Shown here piece by piece: positions 9,765 to 20,373 of a DNA stretch of 64,000 nucleotides. The stretch lies in assembly GCA_965220745.1 (NCBI GenBank), contig CBDCQT010000011.1, positions 1 through 64,000 of the forward strand. Direction: 5' to 3'. Source of the stretch: Alphaproteobacteria bacterium. GTDB lineage: Bacteria > Pseudomonadota > Alphaproteobacteria > UBA828. The translations under genes were made by a program, and so were the position numbers. The notes below the pieces were generated by a model. The model searched no databases and was not told the DNA's origin. It worked only from the letters and a program-made list of their open reading frames with translations. Position 1 is the stretch's first letter, and each line of letters starts with the position of its first letter.

Positions 9765-10589
9765 ATGGAGACTTCTCTTCAGGGCCGCCGCGCCCTGGTT
9801 ACCGGGGCGGGAAGCGGCATCGGTGCCGCCATCGCCGAGGCCCTCGCGCGCGAGGGGGCGCATGTGGCGATTCACGCGCGCAGCGAAGAGCGCGCCCGCC
9901 CGACCGTCGATGCCATCGAGGCGGCGGGAGGCCGCGCGTTCGCCGCCACGGCCGACCTCCGCGACCGCGCGGCTATCGCCCCGATGTGTGATACCGCCGT
10001 CGAGCGGCTCGGTGGGCTCGATATCCTGGTCAACAACGCGGGCACCTTCGTCCGCAAGCAGGTCGCCGAGATGGATCTCGCCAGCTGGGACGCCATGGTC
10101 GAGATCAACCTCACGGCTCCCTATCTGGTGACCCAGGCCACGCTGCCGGCGATCACGGCGTCGGAGGCGGGCGCATCCATCATCTTCATCTCCTCCATCG
10201 GCGCAGGCGCTTCTTCCTCGGGCTGGAGCGCCTACGCGATGACGAAGAACGGGCTCATCGCCTTCATGCGCTGCCTCGCGGACGAGCTCGGCGGCGACGG
10301 CGTCCGCGTCAACGCCATCTGCCCCGGCTGGGTCGAGACCAGGATGGCGCAGGACACCCACCGGAGCATCGCGGCGGATCTCGGCGTCGACTACGAGACC
10401 TTCTATGCGGAGAACATGCGCGCCAACATGTTGGGCGCGCTGGTGACCCCCGACAGCGTCGCCGACATCGCCGTCTTCCTCGCGAGCGATCGCGGCCGCC
10501 ACATCACGGCGCAGGAGCACACCGTTTGCGGGGGCTGCAGCCCCGGCAACAACGCCAAGCCGGCCGAGGAGACCGAGGCGTCCGAGTAG
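9765..10589 (+). CDS. Short-chain dehydrogenase/reductase (SDR)
   Basis: TGAGSGIG, LVNNAG, YAMTK catalytic YxxxK, VNAICPGWVET. Confidence 0.9.
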   Translation: METSLQGRRALVTGAGSGIGAAIAEALAREGAHVAIHARSEERARPTVDAIEAAGGRAFAATADLRDRAAIAPMCDTAVERLGGLDILVNNAGTFVRKQVAEMDLASWDAMVEINLTAPYLVTQATLPAITASEAGASIIFISSIGAGASSSGWSAYAMTKNGLIAFMRCLADELGGDGVRVNAICPGWVETRMAQDTHRSIAADLGVDYETFYAENMRANMLGALVTPDSVADIAVFLASDRGRHITAQEHTVCGGCSPGNNAKPAEETEASE

Positions 10590-10680
10590 GCACGGCACCG
10601 GCGACTCTGGGGCTGGAGGGGCGGGCTGGTGAGTGGCCGCGCGCCCACCTCTCCCTGTGCTTGGGGGTTCGCTGCAAGTC

Positions 10681-10718
10681 AAGGATTGAGCAGGTTCCAT
10701 GGGGCCTGCTCAACCCTT
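10681..10718. terminator. Hairpin between convergent genes, probable terminator
   Basis: AAGGaTTGAGCAGG-10nt-CCTGCTCAAcCCTT inverted repeat between the SDR and lipoprotein 3' ends; no clear U-tract. Confidence 0.45.
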
Positions 10719-10770
10719 CGAGAGTTTCGTGCGTGCGAAGGTCCGCTTCCTAGTGCGGACTACAGAAGGC

Positions 10771-11292
10771 CTACTTGAACGCGTCGATTTGCTCGCCCTC
10801 AAGTATCTGCTTGTAAATGCCCCCTTTTGTGCCGTCGGCATACACCTGTTGGTGGAGCCCATCCGCCAACACGATTAGTTTGTGACAGAACACCTTTTGG
10901 TCGGGTAACTCTTTGTATTCAGTGCAAAATTCTTCCCGATCGTTGGAATAGTGCTTTCCGACTAAGTTCAGATCAGCCTGGCCTTCGAACCGAAGCAACG
11001 CCTTTGCCGTTCCATCGGGAGCAAAGTACTCAGCCCACGTAAGCTTCCAGCTGTCGAGTTGTCCGAAGACCGTGTTCCCGACGAACAGCTCGCTGATCTC
11101 AGCCGCCGCCAATTCCTTGGGAGGCATGATATCGGCCGTAGCGTCTCCAGCGGCCGTCGTGGCCTCTGCGGCTGCCGGCGCTTCATCGGTCGCGGTCGTA
11201 GTGGTTCCGCCCTGCGGCTCACATCCTGCGACCATGAGGCCGAGAGCGGCAGCCGACGCAGCGACCGCCGCGATTTTCGAAAGGTGGGTCAT
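10771..11292 (-). CDS. Hypothetical lipoprotein (small beta domain, DUF995-like)
   Basis: Lipobox MVAGC after a hydrophobic stretch; Ala/Thr-rich linker; EISELFVGNT...YFAPDG...C...C pattern; AGAGGAG RBS; more A/T-rich than flanks. Confidence 0.7.
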   Translation of the reverse strand: MTHLSKIAAVAASAAALGLMVAGCEPQGGTTTTATDEAPAAAEATTAAGDATADIMPPKELAAAEISELFVGNTVFGQLDSWKLTWAEYFAPDGTAKALLRFEGQADLNLVGKHYSNDREEFCTEYKELPDQKVFCHKLIVLADGLHQQVYADGTKGGIYKQILEGEQIDAFK

Positions 11293-11467
11293 GTTTACTT
11301 CTCCTCTTTGGGTTGCCCTGTTGGCTTATTTCTTCCGGCAGCGGATGGCCGGGACGACTGTTCGAGGCGTGCGACATCGCACAAGGCTGCCGCCTCGCGC
11401 TCGCGAAACGCTCGACGATGTCGATGGCTGCGACCTCGTGTAGGCGTGATCGGTATGCCATTTTTGT

Positions 11468-11510
11468 AGAATAAGGCAATAATCTGTCATATTCAAGGGA
11501 TAAATCCCTT
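11468..11510 (-). promoter_or_regulatory. Sigma70-like promoter (TTGAAT-N17-TATTCT) for the lipoprotein gene, with palindromic operator AAGGGATAAATCCCTT abutting the -35
   Basis: Minus strand -35 at 11491-11496, -10 at 11468-11473, exact 17-nt spacer; palindrome at 11495-11510. Confidence 0.55.
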
Positions 11511-11788
11511 TAGACTACCGCCTCGTGCTTGCTCTTCGGGCGTGGCGGAGGTCGGGGGATTTCATCCGGCCACTCCAACTCGTCGTCCGGCCAGCGGTCG
11601 GACAGATACTCGACGACCCTCCTCGCAGTTCGGAGAGTGCACGTACCCCCGGCCCGTAACCTGTTGATAAACTTTCCATCTCCGACCGCCAAAAGGCTCA
11701 CCCGCGCGGCCGACACTCCGAGTGCTCTCGCATAGCGCTCGGTAATTTCTACAATCATGGCCTCGTCCAATAGCACCCCGTATGCCAT
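11510..11788 (-). CDS. Phage Cro-like small HTH DNA-binding protein
   Basis: 92 aa: ERYARALGVSAARVSLLAVGDGKFINRLRAGGTCTLRTARRVVEYLSDRWPDDELEWPDEIPRP, typical of small alphaproteobacterial prophage proteins divergent from a repressor. Confidence 0.75.
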   Translation of the reverse strand: MAYGVLLDEAMIVEITERYARALGVSAARVSLLAVGDGKFINRLRAGGTCTLRTARRVVEYLSDRWPDDELEWPDEIPRPPPRPKSKHEAVV

Positions 11789-11794
11789 GCATGC

Positions 11795-11916
11795 ATAGTA
11801 TGGTGATATATTCCCTATAACAAGATAAATATTACCCTATGCCTAGTGCCTCCGAGCACTTGTCTCATGAGACGTGAAATTTTATTGCCATCTCATGACG
11901 AGGGATTTATCCCTTG
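11795..11916. promoter_or_regulatory. Divergent cro/cI promoter-operator region
   Basis: Minus strand TTGTTA(11818-23)-N17-TACTAT(11795-800), 6 nt before the cro ATG; plus strand TTGCCA(11885-90)-N17-TATCCC, 7 nt before the cI ATG; operator AGGGATTTATCCCTTG at 11901-11916. Confidence 0.55.
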
Positions 11917-11920
11917 CTGA

Positions 11921-12639
11921 ATGGAGGATATCCTGCTGGAGATCGACGCCGCTCTCAAACGCCTTGGACTTTCGGCCAGGGCAGCCTCAATTCGGGCTCA
12001 AGGTTCGCCCGAGATGATCCGGGACATGCGGCGCGGCCATGTCCCCTCGGTAGAACGACTGCGCTCCCTGTGCGAGGTCCTCGACCTGGAATTCTTCGTC
12101 GGGCCGCGGCGTATGCGACGGGACGCGAGCGAGGGTACGCCCGACGTTCTCCTGAGCACACTGGAGCGGACGGCGCAGGACCTGGCCCAGCTTACCGCTG
12201 ACGCCGGCGGCAACCCGGTGTCCGACGATCTTTGGTCCGTCCTCGTCTCAAGGCGGGCAGCCGCATCGCCGCCGGCCGAGAGCGAGAGCACACCTGCTGC
12301 TTCGAGTCCGTGGTCTGGCCCTCCAGCACTCGACGAGACCACAAAGGCCGATATGGAGCCCGAGAAGTTTGTTGGCTGGCAGAGCTTCTTGACTGGAGGA
12401 TCTCGGGTAAGCCGGAGCGAAGTGCAGCCCGATATCTGACAGGCAAACCAGCCGTGAGGACGCGCTATCTTGATCCTCGCGACGTGCTTGCCCGGCGCGC
12501 CGCCATCGGCGAAGACGGGCAGCGCTGGCTGGCATGCGACGATCCCGACTGGCCGGTCACTCCCTTGCCTGCTGGCGCTGAGATCCTCGAGGAGGTCCTT
12601 TGGGTGGCGAATTGGCTTGAGCCGGGTCACGTCCACTGA
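11921..12639 (+). pseudogene. CI/LexA-like repressor: intact N-terminal Xre HTH (11921-12439) with a frameshifted, degenerate S24 peptidase C-terminus
   Basis: HTH: DAALKRLGLSARAASIRAQGSPEMIRDMRRGHVPSVERLRSLCEVLDLEFFVG; ADMEP resembles GDSMEP; a second frame to 12639 gives VLARRA..GQRWLACDDPDWPVTPLPAGAEILEEVLWVA, resembling an S24 tail. Confidence 0.6.
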
Positions 12640-12855
12640 CGACCAGGCCGAGACCGTTCCGGCTCTCGCCCCGTCGCAGGACAAGGGCAAGAAAGCCAAC
12701 TGGTCAGACCGGCGGCGGTGATCGATGTCTTCCGCCACGTCCGTTCCTTCCCGCCCATCCGCGTCCAACGTCTCGACCCGAGTTTAGCCCCCTGACCGTG
12801 GCCGCCGGCCATCCGAAAGAGCCGAAACGGACGGGTGTATCCGTGTGACCATTGC

Positions 12856-13887
12856 CTAAGTTGAGATCATCTTCTTCTCGATTCCGACACCTGCCGCGAT
12901 CGCCCTCTCGTATTCGAGCGGCAGGGTGGCGGAATCCTGAAGCGCGATTCCCGTCGAATCGAACAGCGTCACCTCGTCCGCCGAGGTTCGACCGGGGATC
13001 TTGCCCGTGATCACCGCGCCGATATCGCCCGCCACGTCGCTCTCCTGAAGCTCGCCCTTGGTCAAAGGCACGTTGATTTCGCCGTCGGTGATGCACTGGC
13101 GCATGTCGTCGACGATGATCCGCGAGCGGCGCAGGATTTCGACATCGAGCTCCTGCGTGCCCGCGAGACCGCCGCCAAGGGCCGCGATATGCATGCCGTC
13201 TTCGATCAGCTCGTTGCCAAGCACCGGCGTCTCGCCCGTCGTCCCGGTGACAACGACATCGGCGCCCGGCACCACGTCTTCGAGAACGGTGGAGGGCTTG
13301 ATCGTCACGTCCGGGTGTTGCGGCTGTTCGGTCGCCATGAACGCATCCAGCGTCGACTGGGTCCGGCTCCAGACCCGAACCTCCTTCCACTCGTGCGTTG
13401 CCACGCAGGTGCGGAATGCGCCGGTGTTCACGTCGCCCGCCCCTACCAGCGCCAGAACCGAAGAGTCCTCGCGCGCCATCCACTTCGCGGAGACCGCGCC
13501 GGAGGCCCCAGTCCGCATCAGGGTGTGATGGGTGCCGTCCACGATAGCCAGTGGGAAGCCGGTCTCGGGCTCGGTGTAGATCAGAATCGAGAACACGGTG
13601 GGAAGATTAAACTTCGCACGGTTCTCGAAGCGGATGGACACCCACTTGCATGCGGCAGCGGCGGGTGCGGCCTCTGGCTCCTCGATGTAGGACGGCATGA
13701 TCTCCCACTCGCCCGGATACTGGTCCAAGACGATATGACCCTTGGGCTCCATGTAGACCCGCCCCTCGCCCATGCGCCGGAACGCGGTCTCCACGCAGCG
13801 GACGTACTCTTCGGGCTCCAGCAGGCCGATCATTTCGCTGCGGCTGAGAATCAGGGTCTTGCGATTGCGCCAGCTTGTGTCCGCCAT
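12856..13887 (-). CDS. Ornithine cyclodeaminase / mu-crystallin / archaeal-type alanine dehydrogenase family
   Basis: CKWVS, TGFPLAIVDGT, RTGA, VGAG Rossmann loop, VTLFDSTGIALQD. Confidence 0.88.
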   Translation of the reverse strand: MADTSWRNRKTLILSRSEMIGLLEPEEYVRCVETAFRRMGEGRVYMEPKGHIVLDQYPGEWEIMPSYIEEPEAAPAAAACKWVSIRFENRAKFNLPTVFSILIYTEPETGFPLAIVDGTHHTLMRTGASGAVSAKWMAREDSSVLALVGAGDVNTGAFRTCVATHEWKEVRVWSRTQSTLDAFMATEQPQHPDVTIKPSTVLEDVVPGADVVVTGTTGETPVLGNELIEDGMHIAALGGGLAGTQELDVEILRRSRIIVDDMRQCITDGEINVPLTKGELQESDVAGDIGAVITGKIPGRTSADEVTLFDSTGIALQDSATLPLEYERAIAAGVGIEKKMIST

Positions 13888-14042
13888 GGCTTGCCCGCTC
13901 CTTTCTCGGCTCTCTTCCTCGGATAACGGTTCCACTCACTATACGGTCAACTGCGCGCGAAGGTCGTGGGCAGTACCGGCGGGACGCGCTATAACCTGCC
14001 GAGGGCCGGGCGTGAGCCGGCCCGTGGGCCGCGAGGACCGCC

Positions 14043-14237
14043 ATGCTGGCCGAGATTCTCGAAATCGTCGTCTACGTCCTGATGGGCGCGGTCGTGATCG
14101 CGCTCGTTCTCGGGCTCGGCGCCATGTATTCCGGTGGCAAGAACAGCAAGAGCAATCTCTTCATGCGCTGGCGGGTCGGCCTCCAGTTCGCGGCGATCGC
14201 GTTGCTCGCGCTGCTGGTGTTCGTCGTTCAGAAATAG
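14043..14237 (+). CDS. Twin-transmembrane-helix small protein (HIG1 domain)
   Basis: VLGL..M..GG....SNLFMRWRVGLQF; canonical position upstream of pduO in Alphaproteobacteria. Confidence 0.85.
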   Translation: MLAEILEIVVYVLMGAVVIALVLGLGAMYSGGKNSKSNLFMRWRVGLQFAAIALLALLVFVVQK

Positions 14238-14241
14238 TCGC

Positions 14242-14796
14242 GTGGTCCGCCTCACCAAGATCTACACCCGCGGCGGCGATGCGGGGGAGACCTCGCTCGG
14301 CGGCGGCGCGCGGGTGAAGAAGCACGATGCGCGCGTCGAGGCTTACGGCACGGTGGACGAGGCGAATGCTGCGATCGGCCTCGCGCGGCTGGAGACCGAA
14401 GGCGAGGCGGATGCCATGCTCAAGCGCATCCAGAACGACCTCTTCGACCTCGGCGCGGACCTCTGCCGTCCCGGATCGCTCGACGAAGGCTTACGCATCG
14501 TCCAGTCGCAGATCGACCGGCTCGAAGGCGAGATCGACGCCCTCAACGAGCGCCTGAAGCCGCTCGAGTCCTTCGTCTTGCCGGGCGGTGGGGGCGCCGC
14601 CGCGGCCCTGCATCTCGCGCGCACGGTGGTCCGCCGGGCCGAGCGCCTGATCACGGCGCTCGCAGAGGAGGAGCCGGTCAACCCGCTGGCGGTAATCTAC
14701 TCCAACCGGCTCTCCGACCACCTCTTCGTGCTCGCCCGCCACCTCAACGACGACGGCGCGACGGACACGCTCTGGGTCCCGGGCGCCAACCGGTAG
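14242..14796 (+). CDS. pduO: PduO-type ATP:cob(I)alamin adenosyltransferase
   Basis: VRLTKIYTRGGDAGET, YGTVDEAN, QNDLFDLGADL, FVLPGG, RTVVRRAER, NRLSD; GTG start at 14242. Confidence 0.92.
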   Translation: MVRLTKIYTRGGDAGETSLGGGARVKKHDARVEAYGTVDEANAAIGLARLETEGEADAMLKRIQNDLFDLGADLCRPGSLDEGLRIVQSQIDRLEGEIDALNERLKPLESFVLPGGGGAAAALHLARTVVRRAERLITALAEEEPVNPLAVIYSNRLSDHLFVLARHLNDDGATDTLWVPGANR

Positions 14797-14817
14797 GGGA
14801 GAACGTGAGTCCGCGCT

Positions 14818-14850
14818 TTGGTGCGTCAAAAGTATGCTATAGTGCACCAA
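14818..14850. promoter_or_regulatory. Inverted repeat TTGGTGC...GCACCAA in the A/T-rich region upstream of parD, probable TA autoregulatory operator
   Basis: 7-bp arms at 14818-24 and 14844-50 bracketing -10-like TATGCT/TATAGT. Confidence 0.4.
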
Positions 14851-14886
14851 TATTATGCAATTTTCATACGAACTGCGGAGGCGGCT

Positions 14887-15144
14887 GTGGCAACCGTGCG
14901 CAAGACCATCACTCTGACCGACCAACAGGACCAGTGGATCAAGGCGAGGATTGCCGCCGGTGGCTTCACCAATGATAGCGAGTACATCCGCGACCTGATC
15001 CGCCGGGATCAGGAGCAAAGTACCAAGTATCGAACGCTTGAAGCCGCGATCCGGGAAGGCATCGAGAGCGGCGTGAGTGACAGGACCGTGCCCGACATCA
15101 TGGAGGACGTCGAAGCTCGGCTGCGCGCCGATGGCCGTCTATAG
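14887..15144 (+). CDS. parD: Type II antitoxin ParD (ribbon-helix-helix)
   Basis: MATVRKTITLTDQQDQWIKARIAAGGFTNDSEYIRDLIRRDQE...AIREGIESG; overlaps the toxin start. Confidence 0.9.
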   Translation: MATVRKTITLTDQQDQWIKARIAAGGFTNDSEYIRDLIRRDQEQSTKYRTLEAAIREGIESGVSDRTVPDIMEDVEARLRADGRL

Positions 15145-15433
15145 GCTGTCGCGGAGGGCGGACGACGACTTGGACGCCATCTACGAGTACACCACTGTCA
15201 ACTTCGGGTTGGAACAGGCGAGAAGCTACCTGATCGGTTTGCACGATCGATTTGAAGAACTGGCGGCGCTTCCGGCTCTGGGTCGTAACGCCGAACGGCT
15301 CGCACCGGGGCTGCGACGTTACCCCTATCGATCACATGTCGTGTTTTACGTGCCCGAGGGCGAAAGCGTGCTGATCGTGCGCGTGTTACACGAGAGCATG
15401 GAGCCGTCGAAGCACATCGCTCTCGACTCCTGA
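15131..15433 (+). CDS. parE: Type II toxin ParE (RelE/ParE family)
   Basis: MAVYRLSRRADDDLDAIYEYT...FGLEQARSY...HVVFY...ILIVRVLH-type ParE pattern (LIVRVLHESM). Confidence 0.9.
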   Translation: MAVYRLSRRADDDLDAIYEYTTVNFGLEQARSYLIGLHDRFEELAALPALGRNAERLAPGLRRYPYRSHVVFYVPEGESVLIVRVLHESMEPSKHIALDS

Positions 15434-15482
15434 CCATCCTCGGTCCACAGCCCTCGGAAGCAAGGCGAGGCCGACCCGCCAT

Positions 15483-18377
<2,895 letters not shown>

Positions 18378-18464
18378 CGCGGTTGTTCCTTCCCTGTAGG
18401 CGGGCGTCGGCTTATGGGTGCCGCGTCCCGCAAATGTGTTTTCGTCGCCAGTTCAAGCGACAAA

Positions 18465-18848
18465 CTAATCGTCGCCGAGGCCGGCGACGTAATCGGCGTA
18501 AGCCGCCTCGTCCATCAGCCCGTCCAGCTCGCCGGGCGCGCTGAGCCGGAGCTTGAGGAACCAGCCCGTCCCGGTCGGCTCGCCGTTCACCAGCGCGGGA
18601 TCGTCCTCCAGCGCCTGGTTGACCTCGACCACCTCGCCCGAGACCGGCGCATAGACCTCGCTCGCGGCCTTGACCGATTCGACCACGGCGGCCTCATCGT
18701 TCTGGGCGACGGTCTTGCCCACTTCCGGCAGCTCGACGTAGACCACGTCGCCGAGCTGATCCTGCGCGTAGTCCGAGATACCGACGGTGCCGATGTCGCC
18801 CTCGACCCGCACCCATTCATGGTCCTTGCTGTACTTGAGCCCGCTCAT
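18465..18848 (-). CDS. gcvH: Glycine cleavage system H protein
   Basis: YSKDHEW, GISDYAQDQLGDVVYVELP, VESVKAASEVYAP (lipoyl-Lys). Confidence 0.97.
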   Translation of the reverse strand: MSGLKYSKDHEWVRVEGDIGTVGISDYAQDQLGDVVYVELPEVGKTVAQNDEAAVVESVKAASEVYAPVSGEVVEVNQALEDDPALVNGEPTGTGWFLKLRLSAPGELDGLMDEAAYADYVAGLGDD

Positions 18849-18861
18849 GGCATCCTCCGGC

Positions 18862-19980
18862 TCATCCTCTGTGATAGTTGTGGGGGACGAACGGCAGCTT
18901 GACGATGGTCGCCGGCCGGGGCTTGCCCCGCACCAGCAGCGACACCGGTCTACCGGTCTCCGCGGCGTCAGCCGCGACATAGCCCATGGCGACCGGCCCG
19001 CCTGCGGTCGGCCCGAAGCCGCCGCTGGTGACGGTGCCGATTTCGTCGCCGTCCGCGTTCAGAATTGCTGTGCCCTCGCGCGCCGGGGCCCGGCCGTCGG
19101 GCAGGATGCCGACGCGCCGGCGCCGGGGGCCCTCCGCCAGCTCATGCTGAATGCGCGGGGCGCCGGGGAAACCGCCCTCCTGCCGGCGGCGCTTGCCGAT
19201 GGACCACGCAAGCCCAGCCTGGACCGGCGAGGTGGTCTCGTCGATGTCGTGGCCGTAGAGGCAGAGCCCCGCCTCCAGGCGAAGCGAATCGCGGGCGCCG
19301 AGCCCCACTGGCTCGACCTCGGGCTCGGCTGTGAGCCGCCGCCAAAACGCCGCTGTCTCGTCTGCGGGCAGCGATATCTCGAAGCCGTCTTCGCCGGTGT
19401 AGCCGGAGCGCGAGATCAGCGCGTCCACCCCGCCCGCCTTGAACCAGCCTGCGGTCATGAAGCCGAGCCCGGCGCATCCCGGCGCATGGCGCTCGAGCAC
19501 CGCCGCCGCCTTCGGCCCTTGCAGCGCGACGAGACCGCGGTCGGCGAGCACCGTCAAGTCAACGCCGGCATCGAGCCGGCGTTCGAGATGGGCGATGTCC
19601 GAGTCCTTAGAGGACGCGTTTACCACCAGAAAGAGCCCGTCGTCGCTGCGGGTGGCGATCAGGTCGTCGAGGATGCCGCCGTCCTCGTTGGTGAACTGGG
19701 TGTAGCGCATGGCCCAGGGCGCGAGGCTCGCGATATCCCCCGGCACGAGGCGCTCCAGCGCGGCGACCGCACCGTCGCCGGTGAGCCGCACCTGACCCAT
19801 GTGCGAGACGTCGAAGAGGCCGGCGGCGGAGCGCGTGTGGGTGTGCTCCGCCATGATCCCGGCTGGATAGCGCACCGGCATGGCATAGCCGGCGAAGGGC
19901 ACCAGCGTGGCGCCGAGGGTGCGGTGCTCGACGAATAGCGGCGTTCGGGCGAGGGCGTCGGTGCCGGCGGCGTCGCTCAT
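18862..19980 (-). CDS. gcvT: Aminomethyltransferase, T protein
   Basis: FAGYAMPVRY, LFDVSHMGQ, RSGYTGEDGFEI, GLGARDSLRLEAGLCLYG. Confidence 0.97.
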   Translation of the reverse strand: MSDAAGTDALARTPLFVEHRTLGATLVPFAGYAMPVRYPAGIMAEHTHTRSAAGLFDVSHMGQVRLTGDGAVAALERLVPGDIASLAPWAMRYTQFTNEDGGILDDLIATRSDDGLFLVVNASSKDSDIAHLERRLDAGVDLTVLADRGLVALQGPKAAAVLERHAPGCAGLGFMTAGWFKAGGVDALISRSGYTGEDGFEISLPADETAAFWRRLTAEPEVEPVGLGARDSLRLEAGLCLYGHDIDETTSPVQAGLAWSIGKRRRQEGGFPGAPRIQHELAEGPRRRRVGILPDGRAPAREGTAILNADGDEIGTVTSGGFGPTAGGPVAMGYVAADAAETGRPVSLLVRGKPRPATIVKLPFVPHNYHRG

Positions 19981-20037
19981 GGCATCTCCCAGGCAAACAA
20001 AGGCGTCCGTCAACGATCCCGTGCGGGATCGTCCGGT

Positions 20038-20238
20038 GCCCCCTCTGTCTCGGAACCTGAGAGATTAACCGTGCGGCCGATTGCTCGGCGCCGGCTTACC
20101 CCGTCGGTGAGGCGGCGTGGCGTGTGCCGCCTGCTTTCCAGAGTTGCATCCTCCCGCGGTCCCTGATGCCTGAGAGTTTCCGGGACGCTTGCTCCTTCGG
20201 CGCCGCACGGCCGGACCGTGCGAACTCTCCCGCGGGGT
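20038..20238 (-). promoter_or_regulatory. Tandem glycine riboswitch (two aptamers) upstream of gcvT
   Basis: Minus strand aptamer 1: GGAGAG...GCCGAAGGAGCAA...AACTCTCAGGC...GGACC; aptamer 2: CTCTGGAAAG...CACCGACGGGGTAA...AATCTCTCAGG...GACAGAG. Confidence 0.93.
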
Positions 20239-20330
20239 TCATCTGCAAGACCGGTGCGGCAATCCTACTGACTTAGCCGCGGCGGTCAACAGCGGTCGGA
20301 CCATTGGCATGGAGAGGAAGAAATCGGCCG

Positions 20331-20352
20331 GGGCCGCCCCGAGAGGCGGCCC
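20331..20352 (-). terminator. GC-rich hairpin downstream of phoX, probable terminator
   Basis: GGGCCGCC-ccgaga-GGCGGCCC, perfect 8-bp stem about 20 nt past the phoX stop. Confidence 0.5.
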
Positions 20353-20373
20353 CAAATTACTGAGAAGTGCGGG

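Noticed and set aside
12637-12835. Possible hammerhead-like ribozyme (CTGACGA at 12637, GAAA motifs near 12815-12828)
   Set aside because: I could not build stems placing CUGANGA and GAAA around a stem II with a UH cleavage site.
10600-12850. Intact prophage or integrative element
   Set aside because: Only the regulator pair and a lipoprotein are present; no integrase, att repeats or structural genes were found.
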